Counted from the first letter of the stretch, positions 8,271 through 17,197 are shown. The stretch is DNA of 64,000 nt from Candidatus Nanopelagicales bacterium (GCA_038208295.1 JBBQYX010000004.1:7966-71965); one strand, 5' to 3'. Notes: generated by a model not told the origin, from the letters alone. Made by a program: numbers and translations.

Positions 8271-8307
8271 GGTGAGGGGCGGCGGCGCTAAGCTGCCGCC
8301 CCTCACC
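8271..8307 (+). terminator. Perfect 13-bp GC-rich stem-loop between livK and livH (intercistronic attenuator / mRNA stabiliser)
   Basis: GGTGAGGGGCGGC (8271-8283) pairs with GCCGCCCCTCACC (8295-8307). There is no U-tract. Confidence 0.6.
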
Positions 8308-8320
8308 AGGACGGACACCC

Positions 8321-9253
8321 GTGAGCAACTTTTTCTCGCAGTTCTGGGCCTCGACTATCGACGGCCTCACCCAGGGGGGCATCTACGCCCTCATCGCGCT
8401 CGGTTACACACTCGTGTACGGGGTCCTGCGGCTGATTAACTTCGCGCACTCCGAGATCTTCATGATTGGTACTTTCACGACGGTGGGGGTCATCGCCCTG
8501 TTCGGGGTCACCTCCCCGTTGACGGGGCTAGGGCTGTTCTTGTTCCTGCTGGTGGCCGCCTTGGCCGCTGCCTTCGTGTCCGGCACCTCGGCCGTGATCC
8601 TGGAGCGAGTCGCCTACCGGCCGTTGCGTCGGCGCGGTGCGACGCAGCTCGCTGCGCTGATCTCTGCGATCGGCGCATCCTTGTTCCTGCAGCAGGCTTT
8701 CTCGCTGCGCTGGCCGGACACGGTCGGCACCGAGCGGGTGATGGACAAGACAGTCATCGCGACGATCGGCAGCGGGCTGCTGCGAGCCGACAAGTTGTTG
8801 GTCATCGTCGGCGCAATCGCGATGATGCTGATCCTCGACCGGCTGGTGAACCGCACCCGGTTCGGTCGGGCCATCCGGGCCACGGCGCAAAGCGCCGACA
8901 CGGCAACCCTGATGGGCGTCAACATCGACCGCGTGATCATGTTGACGTTCCTCATCGGTGGCGCAATGGCCGGGGTCGCCGGGATGCTCTACATCGTCTT
9001 CTTCGAGGTGACGACCTTCGCTGTCGGATTCGTCCTGGGCATCAAGGCGTTCACTGCGGCTGTTCTGGGCGGGATCGGAAACCTGCGCGGTGCCCTGCTG
9101 GGTGGTCTGTCGCTGGGACTGATCGAGGAGTACGGCGCCAGCATCGTCGGCTCCCAGTGGAAGGACGTCATCGCCTTCTCTGTTCTGGTGCTAGTGCTGA
9201 TGTTCCGGCCGACGGGGCTGTTGGGTGAGTCTCTGGGGAAGGCTAGAGCGTGA
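8321..9253 (+). CDS. livH: Branched-chain amino-acid ABC transporter permease (LivH-like)
   Basis: 310 aa and polytopic. GGIYALIALGYTLVYGVLRLINFAHSE is the LivH N-terminal signature. Confidence 0.9.
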   Translation: MSNFFSQFWASTIDGLTQGGIYALIALGYTLVYGVLRLINFAHSEIFMIGTFTTVGVIALFGVTSPLTGLGLFLFLLVAALAAAFVSGTSAVILERVAYRPLRRRGATQLAALISAIGASLFLQQAFSLRWPDTVGTERVMDKTVIATIGSGLLRADKLLVIVGAIAMMLILDRLVNRTRFGRAIRATAQSADTATLMGVNIDRVIMLTFLIGGAMAGVAGMLYIVFFEVTTFAVGFVLGIKAFTAAVLGGIGNLRGALLGGLSLGLIEEYGASIVGSQWKDVIAFSVLVLVLMFRPTGLLGESLGKARA

Positions 9254-10473
9254 GCGATCGAGATGCGAAGGACGTCGTGAGCCATACGGATCCGAACGCC
9301 ACGAACACGGTTCCTGGTCAAGAGCCGTCGCTGGGCGATGGGGAGGCCACCCGGCGTGGGCTGAAGAAGGCTCGGATGCCGTGGGTACGTGCCTTCGACG
9401 CGGTGAGCGCATGGTGGCGGTCGCTGCCGACCGCGGCCCGATGGACGGGCTACTTACTGATGCTGGTGCTGGCGTTCGCGCTGCCCAATATTCCCGGTCT
9501 CGGCGACATCATGGCGCCGGGCAGCAGTTGGCAGCGCATTCTGTTCTTCCCGATCGGCATCTACATCCTGCTGGCACTGGGTCTGAATGTCGTCGTCGGG
9601 TACGCAGGTCTGCTGGACCTCGGATTCGTGGCGTTCTATGCCATCGGCGCGTACAGCATGGCCGTCCTCGGCACGAAGTTCGGCTGGGGTTTCTGGGAGG
9701 TTCTTCCAGTCGGCATCGGGATCGCGATGTTCGCCGGCCTGCTGCTGGGGTCCCCAACTCTGCGACTACGCGGGGACTATCTGGCGATCGTGACGCTGGG
9801 GTTCGGGGAGATCATTCGGGTCACGGCCACCAACACCGACTACCTCGGCGGCCCGCGCGGCATCAACAACATTCCGCGGCCGCCCTCGATCGGCGACATC
9901 TCGTGGCTCAAGTACGGCGTGCTGGACTCCCGGCCGTACTACTACCTCGTCGTGGTGGTCATCGTCATCGTGATCATCATCATGAAGCGGCTGGAGAAGA
10001 GTCGCGTCGGTCGTTCCTGGACGGCGATCCGGGAGGACGAGGACGCGGCGCAGTTGATGGGTGTGCCCACCCTGAAGTTCAAACTGTGGGCGTTCACCGT
10101 CGGTGCTGCGGTGGGCGGCGCTGCGGGGGTCATCTTCGCCTCCGCCAACGCCGCGATCCGGCCGACGGACTTCCCGTTCATCCTGTCCGCCACAATCCTG
10201 GCCGCCGTGGTGCTGGGTGGTGCCGGCAACCTTCCCGGGGTCATTCTCGGCGCGTTCCTGGTGGCCTGGCTGCCGGAAGTGGCCCGCGGGTTCAGCCAAT
10301 ACCGCGTGCTGGTGTTCGGTGCCGTCCTGGTCATTCTGATGATCTTCCGGCCGCAGGGGATCTGGCCCTCCCGAATACGCGCGGCTGAGTTCAAGGAGGG
10401 CGAAGGCGGCATCGGTCGTCTCGGCGGCGAGGTGGGCGTGGTGCGCTCCCAGGCAGGGACGGCGGACTCATGA
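9250..10473 (+). CDS. livM: Branched-chain amino-acid ABC transporter permease (LivM-like)
   Basis: 407 aa. It overlaps the livH stop by 4 nt and contains LNVVVGYAGLLDLGFVAFYAIGAY and LRGDYLAIVTLGFGEI motifs. Confidence 0.9.
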   Translation: MSDRDAKDVVSHTDPNATNTVPGQEPSLGDGEATRRGLKKARMPWVRAFDAVSAWWRSLPTAARWTGYLLMLVLAFALPNIPGLGDIMAPGSSWQRILFFPIGIYILLALGLNVVVGYAGLLDLGFVAFYAIGAYSMAVLGTKFGWGFWEVLPVGIGIAMFAGLLLGSPTLRLRGDYLAIVTLGFGEIIRVTATNTDYLGGPRGINNIPRPPSIGDISWLKYGVLDSRPYYYLVVVVIVIVIIIMKRLEKSRVGRSWTAIREDEDAAQLMGVPTLKFKLWAFTVGAAVGGAAGVIFASANAAIRPTDFPFILSATILAAVVLGGAGNLPGVILGAFLVAWLPEVARGFSQYRVLVFGAVLVILMIFRPQGIWPSRIRAAEFKEGEGGIGRLGGEVGVVRSQAGTADS

Positions 10474-11291
10474 GCACCTCATCGACCACGGCGAAAGGTC
10501 AGCGGTCCGGAGAAGCAGGGCAGGGTCTGCTGGAACTGCGCGCCGTGACCATGCAGTTCGGCGGTCTGACCGCTGTCAAGTCGTGCGACCTCGTGGTCAA
10601 TTCGGGCGAGATCCTGGCTCTCATCGGTCCCAATGGCGCCGGCAAGACCACGGTGTTCAACATGATCACTGGTGTCTATACGCCCACTACTGGGGACATC
10701 CTGTTTGCCGGCGACCGGGTCAACGGCATGCGGCCGGACTGGGTCACCAAACTCGGGTTGGCGCGTACGTTCCAGAACATCCGGCTGTTCGACAACATGA
10801 CCGCGATGGATAACGTCATCGTCGGAACGCATGCGCGGCACCGCTCCAGCGTGGTCGGGGCGATTCTCGGGCTGCCCCGATACCACGCGGAGGAACGCCA
10901 GGGAAAGCGCCGGGCTCAGGAACTGCTGGAGTTCGTGGGAATCGCGGACCGCTCCTACACCGCGGCACGCAACCTGCCCTACGGCGATCAACGCCGACTG
11001 GAGATCGCCCGGGCCTTGGGGACCGGCCCGAAACTGCTGCTGCTCGACGAGCCCGCGGCCGGCATGAACCCGTCCGAGAAGGCGTCCCTGATGGCGCTGA
11101 TTCGGGCCATCCGTGACTCCGGGGTGACCGTGTTGCTCATCGAGCATGACATGACCCTGGTGATGGGTATCAGTGACCGGATCGCGGTGCTCGACTTCGG
11201 TCAGAAGATCGCCGACGGCCTTCCGGCCGAGGTGCGTGCCAATCCCGACGTCATCCGCGCTTATCTGGGAGAGGCCAGCGATGCTTCTTGA
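10470..11291 (+). CDS. livG: Branched-chain amino-acid ABC transporter ATP-binding protein (LivG-like)
   Basis: 273 aa with Walker A GPNGAGKTT, signature YGDQRRLEIARAL and Walker B LLLLDEPAAGM. Confidence 0.92.
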   Translation: MSTSSTTAKGQRSGEAGQGLLELRAVTMQFGGLTAVKSCDLVVNSGEILALIGPNGAGKTTVFNMITGVYTPTTGDILFAGDRVNGMRPDWVTKLGLARTFQNIRLFDNMTAMDNVIVGTHARHRSSVVGAILGLPRYHAEERQGKRRAQELLEFVGIADRSYTAARNLPYGDQRRLEIARALGTGPKLLLLDEPAAGMNPSEKASLMALIRAIRDSGVTVLLIEHDMTLVMGISDRIAVLDFGQKIADGLPAEVRANPDVIRAYLGEASDAS

Positions 11292-11982
11292 GGTGCAAGA
11301 CCTCCATGTCAGTTACGGCAAGATCGCTGCCCTGAAGGGCATCAGTCTGACGGTTGACGAAGGCGAGATCGTCACGCTGGTCGGTGCCAACGGTGCCGGT
11401 AAGACGACTGCGCTGCAGACGCTTTCGGGCCTGCGCAAGGTCGCGTCCGGGAGCGTCGTATTCGACGGCAAGGACATCACCGGTATGGCCGGGCACCAGC
11501 GGGTGAGCGCCGGGCTCTGCCAAGCCCCCGAGGGACGCGGGATCTTTCCCGGCATGACCGTGCTGGAGAACCTCGCGATGGGTGCGTACATCCATCGGCA
11601 CATGGACGCCACCGACCTCGAACGCGTCTACACGCTGTTCCCGCGGCTGAAGGAACGCGCGAAGCAGCCTGGCGGCACGCTGTCCGGCGGGGAGCAGCAG
11701 ATGCTCGCCATCGGCCGAGCGCTGATGTCCAAACCGCGACTGCTGTTGCTGGATGAGCCGTCGATGGGTCTGGCACCCCAGCTCATCCAGTTGATTTTCC
11801 AGATCATCTCCGAGATCAACGAGCAGGGCACCACGGTGCTGCTGGTCGAGCAGAACGCCAGCCAGGCGCTGTCCATCGCGCACCGTGCGTACGTGCTGGA
11901 AACCGGGCACGTGGTCAAGACTGGGACGGGTCGGGAACTGCTCGGCGACGCTTCGGTGGTTTCGGCGTATCTGGGCGGCTGA
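11281..11982 (+). CDS. livF: Branched-chain amino-acid ABC transporter ATP-binding protein (LivF-like)
   Basis: I set the start at the internal ATG (MLLEVQDLHVSYG), which overlaps the livG end by 11 nt. It has Walker A GANGAGKTT, signature LSGGEQQMLAIGRAL and Walker B LLLLDEPSMGL. Confidence 0.9.
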   Translation: MLLEVQDLHVSYGKIAALKGISLTVDEGEIVTLVGANGAGKTTALQTLSGLRKVASGSVVFDGKDITGMAGHQRVSAGLCQAPEGRGIFPGMTVLENLAMGAYIHRHMDATDLERVYTLFPRLKERAKQPGGTLSGGEQQMLAIGRALMSKPRLLLLDEPSMGLAPQLIQLIFQIISEINEQGTTVLLVEQNASQALSIAHRAYVLETGHVVKTGTGRELLGDASVVSAYLGG

Positions 11983-11988
11983 GGGGGT

Positions 11989-12813
11989 CTACCCCCCACG
12001 GAAAGCCGAGACGACGGCGACGATCAGCGGCGCCGCGACCAGGGCGGGGAGTAGGTCACCGACCGGGACCGCGCGGACCCGCAGCAGGCGCAACCCGATC
12101 CCGACCAGCAGCAGGCCGCCGGTGGCGGTGGTAGCGGCGATCCCCGCAGCCGGGATGACCCCGCCGGCCAGTACGCCGACCACCGTCAGAGCCCCCTGGT
12201 AGACGCCCACGGCCAGGGCCGAGGCCGCCACCCCCCAGCCCAGCGAGGCGGCGAACGCAATCGCGGCGAAGAAGTCCAGCGACGACTTCAACGCCAACTG
12301 GTCGATGCCCAGGCCCAACCCGTCGGACAGCGAACCCAGGATCGCCAGCGGACCGACGCAGAACACCAACGACGCGGTGACGAAGCCGTCGACGAAGCGG
12401 CGGCCGTCCTCGTCGAGCTCCGGGGACGCCGAGCCGCTGGCATTTCCGGATGAGGGGCGCACCGTGCTACCGACCCGCCGGCCGCGCAGCCCTGGCACCC
12501 GCATGAGCATCCGGCGCACCGCATCGCCGAGACCGTCCAACCGTTCCTCGATGCGCAGCAGCGACCCGGTCACCCCACCGATGACCAGGGCGCCGAGGAC
12601 GACGAGCAAGGCCCCGGAGCCCACCGCCGTGACCAGCGCCTCGTCAGTGATGCTGACCACCGCCAGGGCGGCCGCGAGCAGCGTGACCAGGCCCAGGGCA
12701 TCGGTGACGACGTCGCGTACCCGCTCGGGCAGCCGGTTGCCGGCTAACACACCCAGACTGGCGCCGACGAGAATGGCCACCACATTGATGACCGTGCCGG
12801 CACCGCGGAACAC
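11989..12813 (-). CDS. DUF554-family membrane protein
   Basis: FRGAGTVINVVAILVGASLGVLAG is the typical DUF554 N-terminus. I chose the GTG at 12813 because a GGGAGG RBS lies 4 nt upstream. The ORF track extends to 12993. Confidence 0.7.
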   Translation of the reverse strand: MFRGAGTVINVVAILVGASLGVLAGNRLPERVRDVVTDALGLVTLLAAALAVVSITDEALVTAVGSGALLVVLGALVIGGVTGSLLRIEERLDGLGDAVRRMLMRVPGLRGRRVGSTVRPSSGNASGSASPELDEDGRRFVDGFVTASLVFCVGPLAILGSLSDGLGLGIDQLALKSSLDFFAAIAFAASLGWGVAASALAVGVYQGALTVVGVLAGGVIPAAGIAATTATGGLLLVGIGLRLLRVRAVPVGDLLPALVAAPLIVAVVSAFRGG

Positions 12814-12829
12814 CGAACCTCCCACGAAT

Positions 12830-12859
12830 ATGGCTATGACTATGGCTATGGCTATGGCT
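12830..12859. repeat. Hexanucleotide tandem repeat (ATGGCT)x5 with one variant unit, immediately upstream of the DUF554 gene
   Basis: The sequence reads atggct atgact atggct atggct atggct. On the gene strand this is (AGCCAT)n, at about -17 to -47 relative to the proposed GTG start. Confidence 0.8.
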
Positions 12860-13151
12860 ACGCATCTGCCGGCGGCCGTCGGACAACCCTCATCCGTGCG
12901 GGGACGCGGCAGCGGCGTACGCCGGAGTGAAACCTCCGTCAAGGGGCTGGTCCGGTCCGAATCCGCGTCAGTCCCACGTTGTCGGCAGGACATCCTCCCG
13001 CAAGCCCACCCGAACGGGTGTCGGGGGACCCATTACGGCGGGCCGCCCTTCGGTCGTAGGCTGGCTGGCGTTTTGGGGGGGGTGGGGCCGCCGCAGCATC
13101 GTGGGGGCTCTACGGTCGCCGGCCTGAGTCCGCAACCGGACGCCGAAGTTT

Positions 13152-13802
13152 GTGGAGGTACCCGTGAGTCGCACGCTGGTCTCGATCCGACCTGTGCGAC
13201 CCGAGGAACTGCCCGCGCTGGACCCGCTGTGGGCCGAGTTGGAGCAGATGTACGAGCCGGGCGTGGCCCGCGGCGCCGCCACCGCGCTGGACCGCCTGCA
13301 CTCCTTGGTCGCCGCCGCCGATCCGCTGCTGGAGCCGGCCACTGGGGTCGGGACCCGGGTGCTGGGCGCCTGGGATGGCATCGAGCCGGTCGGCATCCTG
13401 GTGGTGACCGCCTCCGACTTCGCGCCCTGGTATGACGGGCTCGCGATCATCGTCAATCTGCTGATGGTGCGCTCGACGGCGCAGCAGCACGGTATCGGCC
13501 GACAGTTGCTGCAGGAGGTCCTGACCATCGCCGATGAGCTGGGTGCCCGCGACATTGCCGTCGATGTGCCGCCCAACAATCGCGATGCTCATCGCTTTTA
13601 CGCCAAGCTCGGCTTCGCGCCGGTGACCACGCGGCGGGCCGCCGGGGTCTCGGCATTGCGCCGCAAACTGGCTGGCGAACAACCCGGGCGACTTTCCGAG
13701 CTGCGGACGCGTACGTCGGTGCGCCGGCGGTTGCTGAAGGCCAAGGCTCGGACCGCTGCCCCGCAGGCGCCCGTCCCGGTCATGACCCGCGACGCCACCT
13801 GA
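13152..13802 (+). CDS. GNAT-family N-acetyltransferase
   Basis: 216 aa with the acetyl-CoA binding motif VRSTAQQHGIGRQLL and a downstream NNRDAHRFYAKLGF. The C-terminal tail is basic. Confidence 0.8.
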   Translation: MEVPVSRTLVSIRPVRPEELPALDPLWAELEQMYEPGVARGAATALDRLHSLVAAADPLLEPATGVGTRVLGAWDGIEPVGILVVTASDFAPWYDGLAIIVNLLMVRSTAQQHGIGRQLLQEVLTIADELGARDIAVDVPPNNRDAHRFYAKLGFAPVTTRRAAGVSALRRKLAGEQPGRLSELRTRTSVRRRLLKAKARTAAPQAPVPVMTRDAT

Positions 13803-13822
13803 GACTGCCGAGGCGCCCCGGC

Positions 13823-14353
13823 TCAGTGGTCGCGGAGCAGGCAGGTGAGGCGCGCGGTGCAGATGCGACGGTCCGCGTCGTCGGTCACGATGATTTCGTA
13901 CGTCGCCAGGGTCCGGCCCACCGATAGGGCGGACGCCGTGGCGGTGACAGTGCCCGAGGTCGCCGAGCGGTGGTGCGAGGCGGACAGCTCGATCCCGACC
14001 GCGAGGCGACCGGGGCCGGCGGCGATAGTTGCGGCGATCGACCCGGCCGACTCCGCCAGGACCGCGGAGGCACCCCCGTGCAGCAGGCCGAACGGTTGGA
14101 TGTTGCCGGCCACCGGCATCGTGGCTAGGACGCGCTCGGCGCTGGCTTCGAGGACGACGATCCCCATGCGCTCGTCCAGGGTGCCGGGGATTGACCGCAC
14201 GTGTGCCAGGACGGCAGCGGCGTAGTCAGCATCCGCGTCGGTGCCTGCGTCGGTGCCTGTGTCGGTGCCTGCGTCGGTGCCTGTATCGGTGCCTGTGTCG
14301 GTGCTGGGGTCCTGCTCAGGGTGGGGCTTGGGGTCATCGGGATCGTGGCTCAC
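13823..14353 (-). CDS. PaaI/YbgC-like hotdog-fold thioesterase with an N-terminal (T-D-T/A-G)n repeat
   Basis: It contains LDERMGIVVLEASAERVLATMPVAGNIQPFGLLHGGASAVLAESAGS, the PaaI-type motif. The N-terminal 45 aa are low-complexity and the start is uncertain; an alternative GTG at VRSIPGTLDERMG is possible. Confidence 0.8.
   Translation of the reverse strand: MSHDPDDPKPHPEQDPSTDTGTDTGTDAGTDTGTDAGTDADADYAAAVLAHVRSIPGTLDERMGIVVLEASAERVLATMPVAGNIQPFGLLHGGASAVLAESAGSIAATIAAGPGRLAVGIELSASHHRSATSGTVTATASALSVGRTLATYEIIVTDDADRRICTARLTCLLRDH
14237..14305. repeat. 12-nt in-frame tandem repeat (GTCGGTGCCTGY) x about 5.7, encoding the TDTG/TDAG tract of the thioesterase
   Basis: Read directly from the sequence: consecutive 12-nt units from 14237. 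Confidence 0.85.
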
Positions 14354-14376
14354 CCGGCCACCCTAGGATCACCCGG

Positions 14377-17091
14377 GTGACGGATCCGCCGCGGTTGCTG
14401 CTGCTCGACGGGCACTCCCTGGCCTATCGGGCGTTCTTCGCGCTCCCGGTGGAGAACTTCTCCACCACCACGGGGCAGCCGACGAACGCTGTCTACGGGT
14501 TCACCTCCATGCTCATCAATGCGTTGCGCGACGAGCAGCCCACCCACCTGGCGGTGGCCTTCGATGTCTCCCGGGTGTCGTTCCGCTCGGAACGGTTCCC
14601 GGCGTATAAGGCGACCCGCAGCGAGACACCGAAGGATTTCCACGGCCAGGTCGAGTTGGTCAAGCAGATCCTCGACGCACTCGGCATCGTGCACGTCTCA
14701 GCGCCCGGCGTGGAGGCCGACGATGTACTCGCCACGCTGGCCACTCGGGCAGCGGCCGCCGGCTATGAGGTGGCGATCCTCAGCGGGGACCGGGATGCGC
14801 TGCAATTGGTCGATGATGCGGTGACGGTGCTCTATCCCCGTAAGGGTGTCAGTGACCTGGCGCGGATGACTCCGGCTGCCGTGACGGAGAAGTACGGAGT
14901 TTCTCCTCGGCTGTATCCCGATCTGGCCGCCTTGGTCGGCGAGACCAGTGACAACCTGCCCGGGGTTCCCGGTGTCGGCCCGGGCTTCGCCGCAAAGTGG
15001 TTGCAGCAGTATGAGTCTTTGGCCGGGATCGTCGATCATGTCGGGGAGATCAAAGGCAAGAAGGGCGAGGCACTACGTGCGCATCTGGCGCAGGTGCTGC
15101 TCAACCGAGAACTCAACGCGCTGATCCGCGACCTGCCGTTGGACGTCACGCTGGACGAACTGCACCGCAAACCGTTCGACCGCGACCGCATTCACGAGGT
15201 GTTCGATGCGCTGCAGTTTCGGGTGCTGCGCGAGCGATTGTTCGAGTCGCTGGGTGCTGAGGCGGCGCTAGTCGACGGCGAGGCGTTTGAGGTGGTGGTG
15301 GACCGACCGGCAACCGGGTTCCTGCGGGAATGGCTGGCCGCACATGCTGGACCGGGGTCTGCGGGCTCGGTCGACGGCGGGGAACTCGGGCTCACGGGTG
15401 CCACCGGCGTGGCTGTTGCGGGATCGTGGGGTCGCGGCACCGGAGACGTCACAGCGCTGGCGCTGGCGGGCGCAGACGGTCAAACCTGCTGGCTGCAGCC
15501 AGGCGAACTCACCTCAGATGATGACCAGGCGTTGGCCTCGTGGTTCGCGGATCCACTGTGCGGCAAGGTGTTCCATGATGCCAAGGGTCCGCTGCTCGCC
15601 CTGCACGCCCGGGGCTGGGCCGTAGCCGGGCTACGTGCCGACACCGCGCTGGCGGCCTACCTGGTCCTGCCCGGGCAACGCGGCTTCGACCTGGCCGACC
15701 TGACCGCCCGCTTCCTGGGGCGCGAACTGCGCGCGGCACCCGCGGACAACGGGCAACTGACCCTGGATGACACCGGAGAAGACGAGACGGCGGCGCTGGC
15801 ATTGCAGGCGCGCGCCGTCGTCGATCTGGCGGTGGCATTGGCCGGGGAGTTGGACACGCGCGGCGGTACGCCACTGCTGCGCGACGTGGAATTACCCCTG
15901 GTGCAGATCCTGGCTGACATGGAGATCGCCGGCATCGCGGTAGACCTGCCGCACCTGATCGCCCTGGAAGCCGACTTCGCCGCCCGGGTGGCTGCCGTCG
16001 AAGAGCAGGCGCACGAGATCGTCGGTCGACCGTTCAACCTGGGTTCCCCGAAACAACTGCAGGAGATCCTGTTCGGCGAGCGGAACCTGCCCAAAACCAA
16101 GCGCATCAAGACCGGATACACGACCGACGCCGATGCACTGCAGGCGTTGTGGGTGCAGACGGCCGACCCGCTGCTGGAACAGTTGCTGGCCTGGCGCGAT
16201 GCTGCTCGACTGCGGCAGACAGTGGCGGGGCTGATCCCGTTGGTTGATGACCAGGACCGCATCCACACGACCTTCAACCAGATGATCGCGGCCACCGGAC
16301 GGTTGTCTTCCACCGACCCCAATCTGCAGAACATTCCGATCCGTACCGAAGAGGGCCGGCGCATCCGGGCCGGATTCGTCGTCGGCGCGGGATTCGAAGC
16401 GTTGCTGACCGCGGACTACAGCCAGATCGAGATGCGCATCATGGCGCACCTGTCCGAGGACACCGGACTCATCGAAGCGTTCCGATCCGGGGAGGACCTG
16501 CACACGACCGTGGCGTCGCGGGTGTTCTCGGTCGAACGTGCTGCCGTCGACCCGGAGATGCGTCGCAAGATCAAGGCGATGTCGTACGGACTTGCGTACG
16601 GCCTCTCGCCGTTCGGCCTGTCCCAACAACTCGGCATCTCCCCGGAAGAGGCCCGGGGTCTGATGGACGAGTATTTCCTGCGTTTCGGGGGGGTACGCGA
16701 CTATCTGGCAGAGGTGGTCGCGCAGGCGCGGGCGTCCGGCTACACCGAGACGATCCTCGGTCGCCGGCGCTACCTGCCCGATCTCACCAGCGACAACCGG
16801 CAGCGTCGCGAGATGGCCGAACGGATGGCGCTGAACGCGCCGATCCAGGGCTCTGCTGCCGACCTGGTCAAGGTGGCGATGCTCGGTGTGGCCGCCGCGC
16901 TGCGCGCGCAGAACCTGGCCTCCCGGCTGCTCCTGCAGGTCCACGACGAGTTGGTGCTGGAAGTGGCTGCGGGGGAGCGGCCGGCCGTAGAGAGGCTGGT
17001 CCGGGAGCAGATGGGCGCGGCTGGTGCGCTGACCGTGCCGCTGGACGTCTCCGTCGGGACCGGCCGGACCTGGCAGGACGCTGGGCACTGA
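14377..17091 (+). CDS. polA: DNA polymerase I
   Basis: I chose the GTG start at 14377 (VTDPPRLLLLDGHSLAYRAFFAL, the 5'-3' exonuclease N-terminus). Polymerase motifs are A LLTADYSQIEMRIMAH, B RRKIKAMSYGLAYG and C LLQVHDELVLE. The ORF-track extension 14029-14376 is Arg/Cys-rich and overlaps the thioesterase gene. Confidence 0.95.
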   Translation: MTDPPRLLLLDGHSLAYRAFFALPVENFSTTTGQPTNAVYGFTSMLINALRDEQPTHLAVAFDVSRVSFRSERFPAYKATRSETPKDFHGQVELVKQILDALGIVHVSAPGVEADDVLATLATRAAAAGYEVAILSGDRDALQLVDDAVTVLYPRKGVSDLARMTPAAVTEKYGVSPRLYPDLAALVGETSDNLPGVPGVGPGFAAKWLQQYESLAGIVDHVGEIKGKKGEALRAHLAQVLLNRELNALIRDLPLDVTLDELHRKPFDRDRIHEVFDALQFRVLRERLFESLGAEAALVDGEAFEVVVDRPATGFLREWLAAHAGPGSAGSVDGGELGLTGATGVAVAGSWGRGTGDVTALALAGADGQTCWLQPGELTSDDDQALASWFADPLCGKVFHDAKGPLLALHARGWAVAGLRADTALAAYLVLPGQRGFDLADLTARFLGRELRAAPADNGQLTLDDTGEDETAALALQARAVVDLAVALAGELDTRGGTPLLRDVELPLVQILADMEIAGIAVDLPHLIALEADFAARVAAVEEQAHEIVGRPFNLGSPKQLQEILFGERNLPKTKRIKTGYTTDADALQALWVQTADPLLEQLLAWRDAARLRQTVAGLIPLVDDQDRIHTTFNQMIAATGRLSSTDPNLQNIPIRTEEGRRIRAGFVVGAGFEALLTADYSQIEMRIMAHLSEDTGLIEAFRSGEDLHTTVASRVFSVERAAVDPEMRRKIKAMSYGLAYGLSPFGLSQQLGISPEEARGLMDEYFLRFGGVRDYLAEVVAQARASGYTETILGRRRYLPDLTSDNRQRREMAERMALNAPIQGSAADLVKVAMLGVAAALRAQNLASRLLLQVHDELVLEVAAGERPAVERLVREQMGAAGALTVPLDVSVGTGRTWQDAGH

Positions 17092-17197
17092 CGGCGGGTA
17101 CTAACGCCGGGCACTGACGCCGGGCACGCCGGGCACTGACGCCGGGCACGCCGGGCACTGACGCCGGGCACGCCGGGCGCTGAGGCCGGGCACTGAG
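17080..17197. repeat. Tandem array built on the polA stop-codon context: 13-nt unit GCCGGGCACTGAC interleaved with 9-nt GCCGGGCAC (22-nt super-unit x3 plus variants)
   Basis: Read directly from the sequence. The first unit, GCTGGGCACTGAC, contains the last polA codons A-G-H-stop. Confidence 0.85.

Noticed and set aside
14029-14376. N-terminal extensions of track ORFs (polA from 14029; also arc from 42790, dop from 45026, pgi from 29812, flippase to 20602, GT4 to 24197)
   Set aside because: The extensions are Arg/Pro/Cys-rich, overlap neighbouring genes and precede the family-typical N-termini. I chose internal ATG/GTG starts with RBS-like sequences instead.
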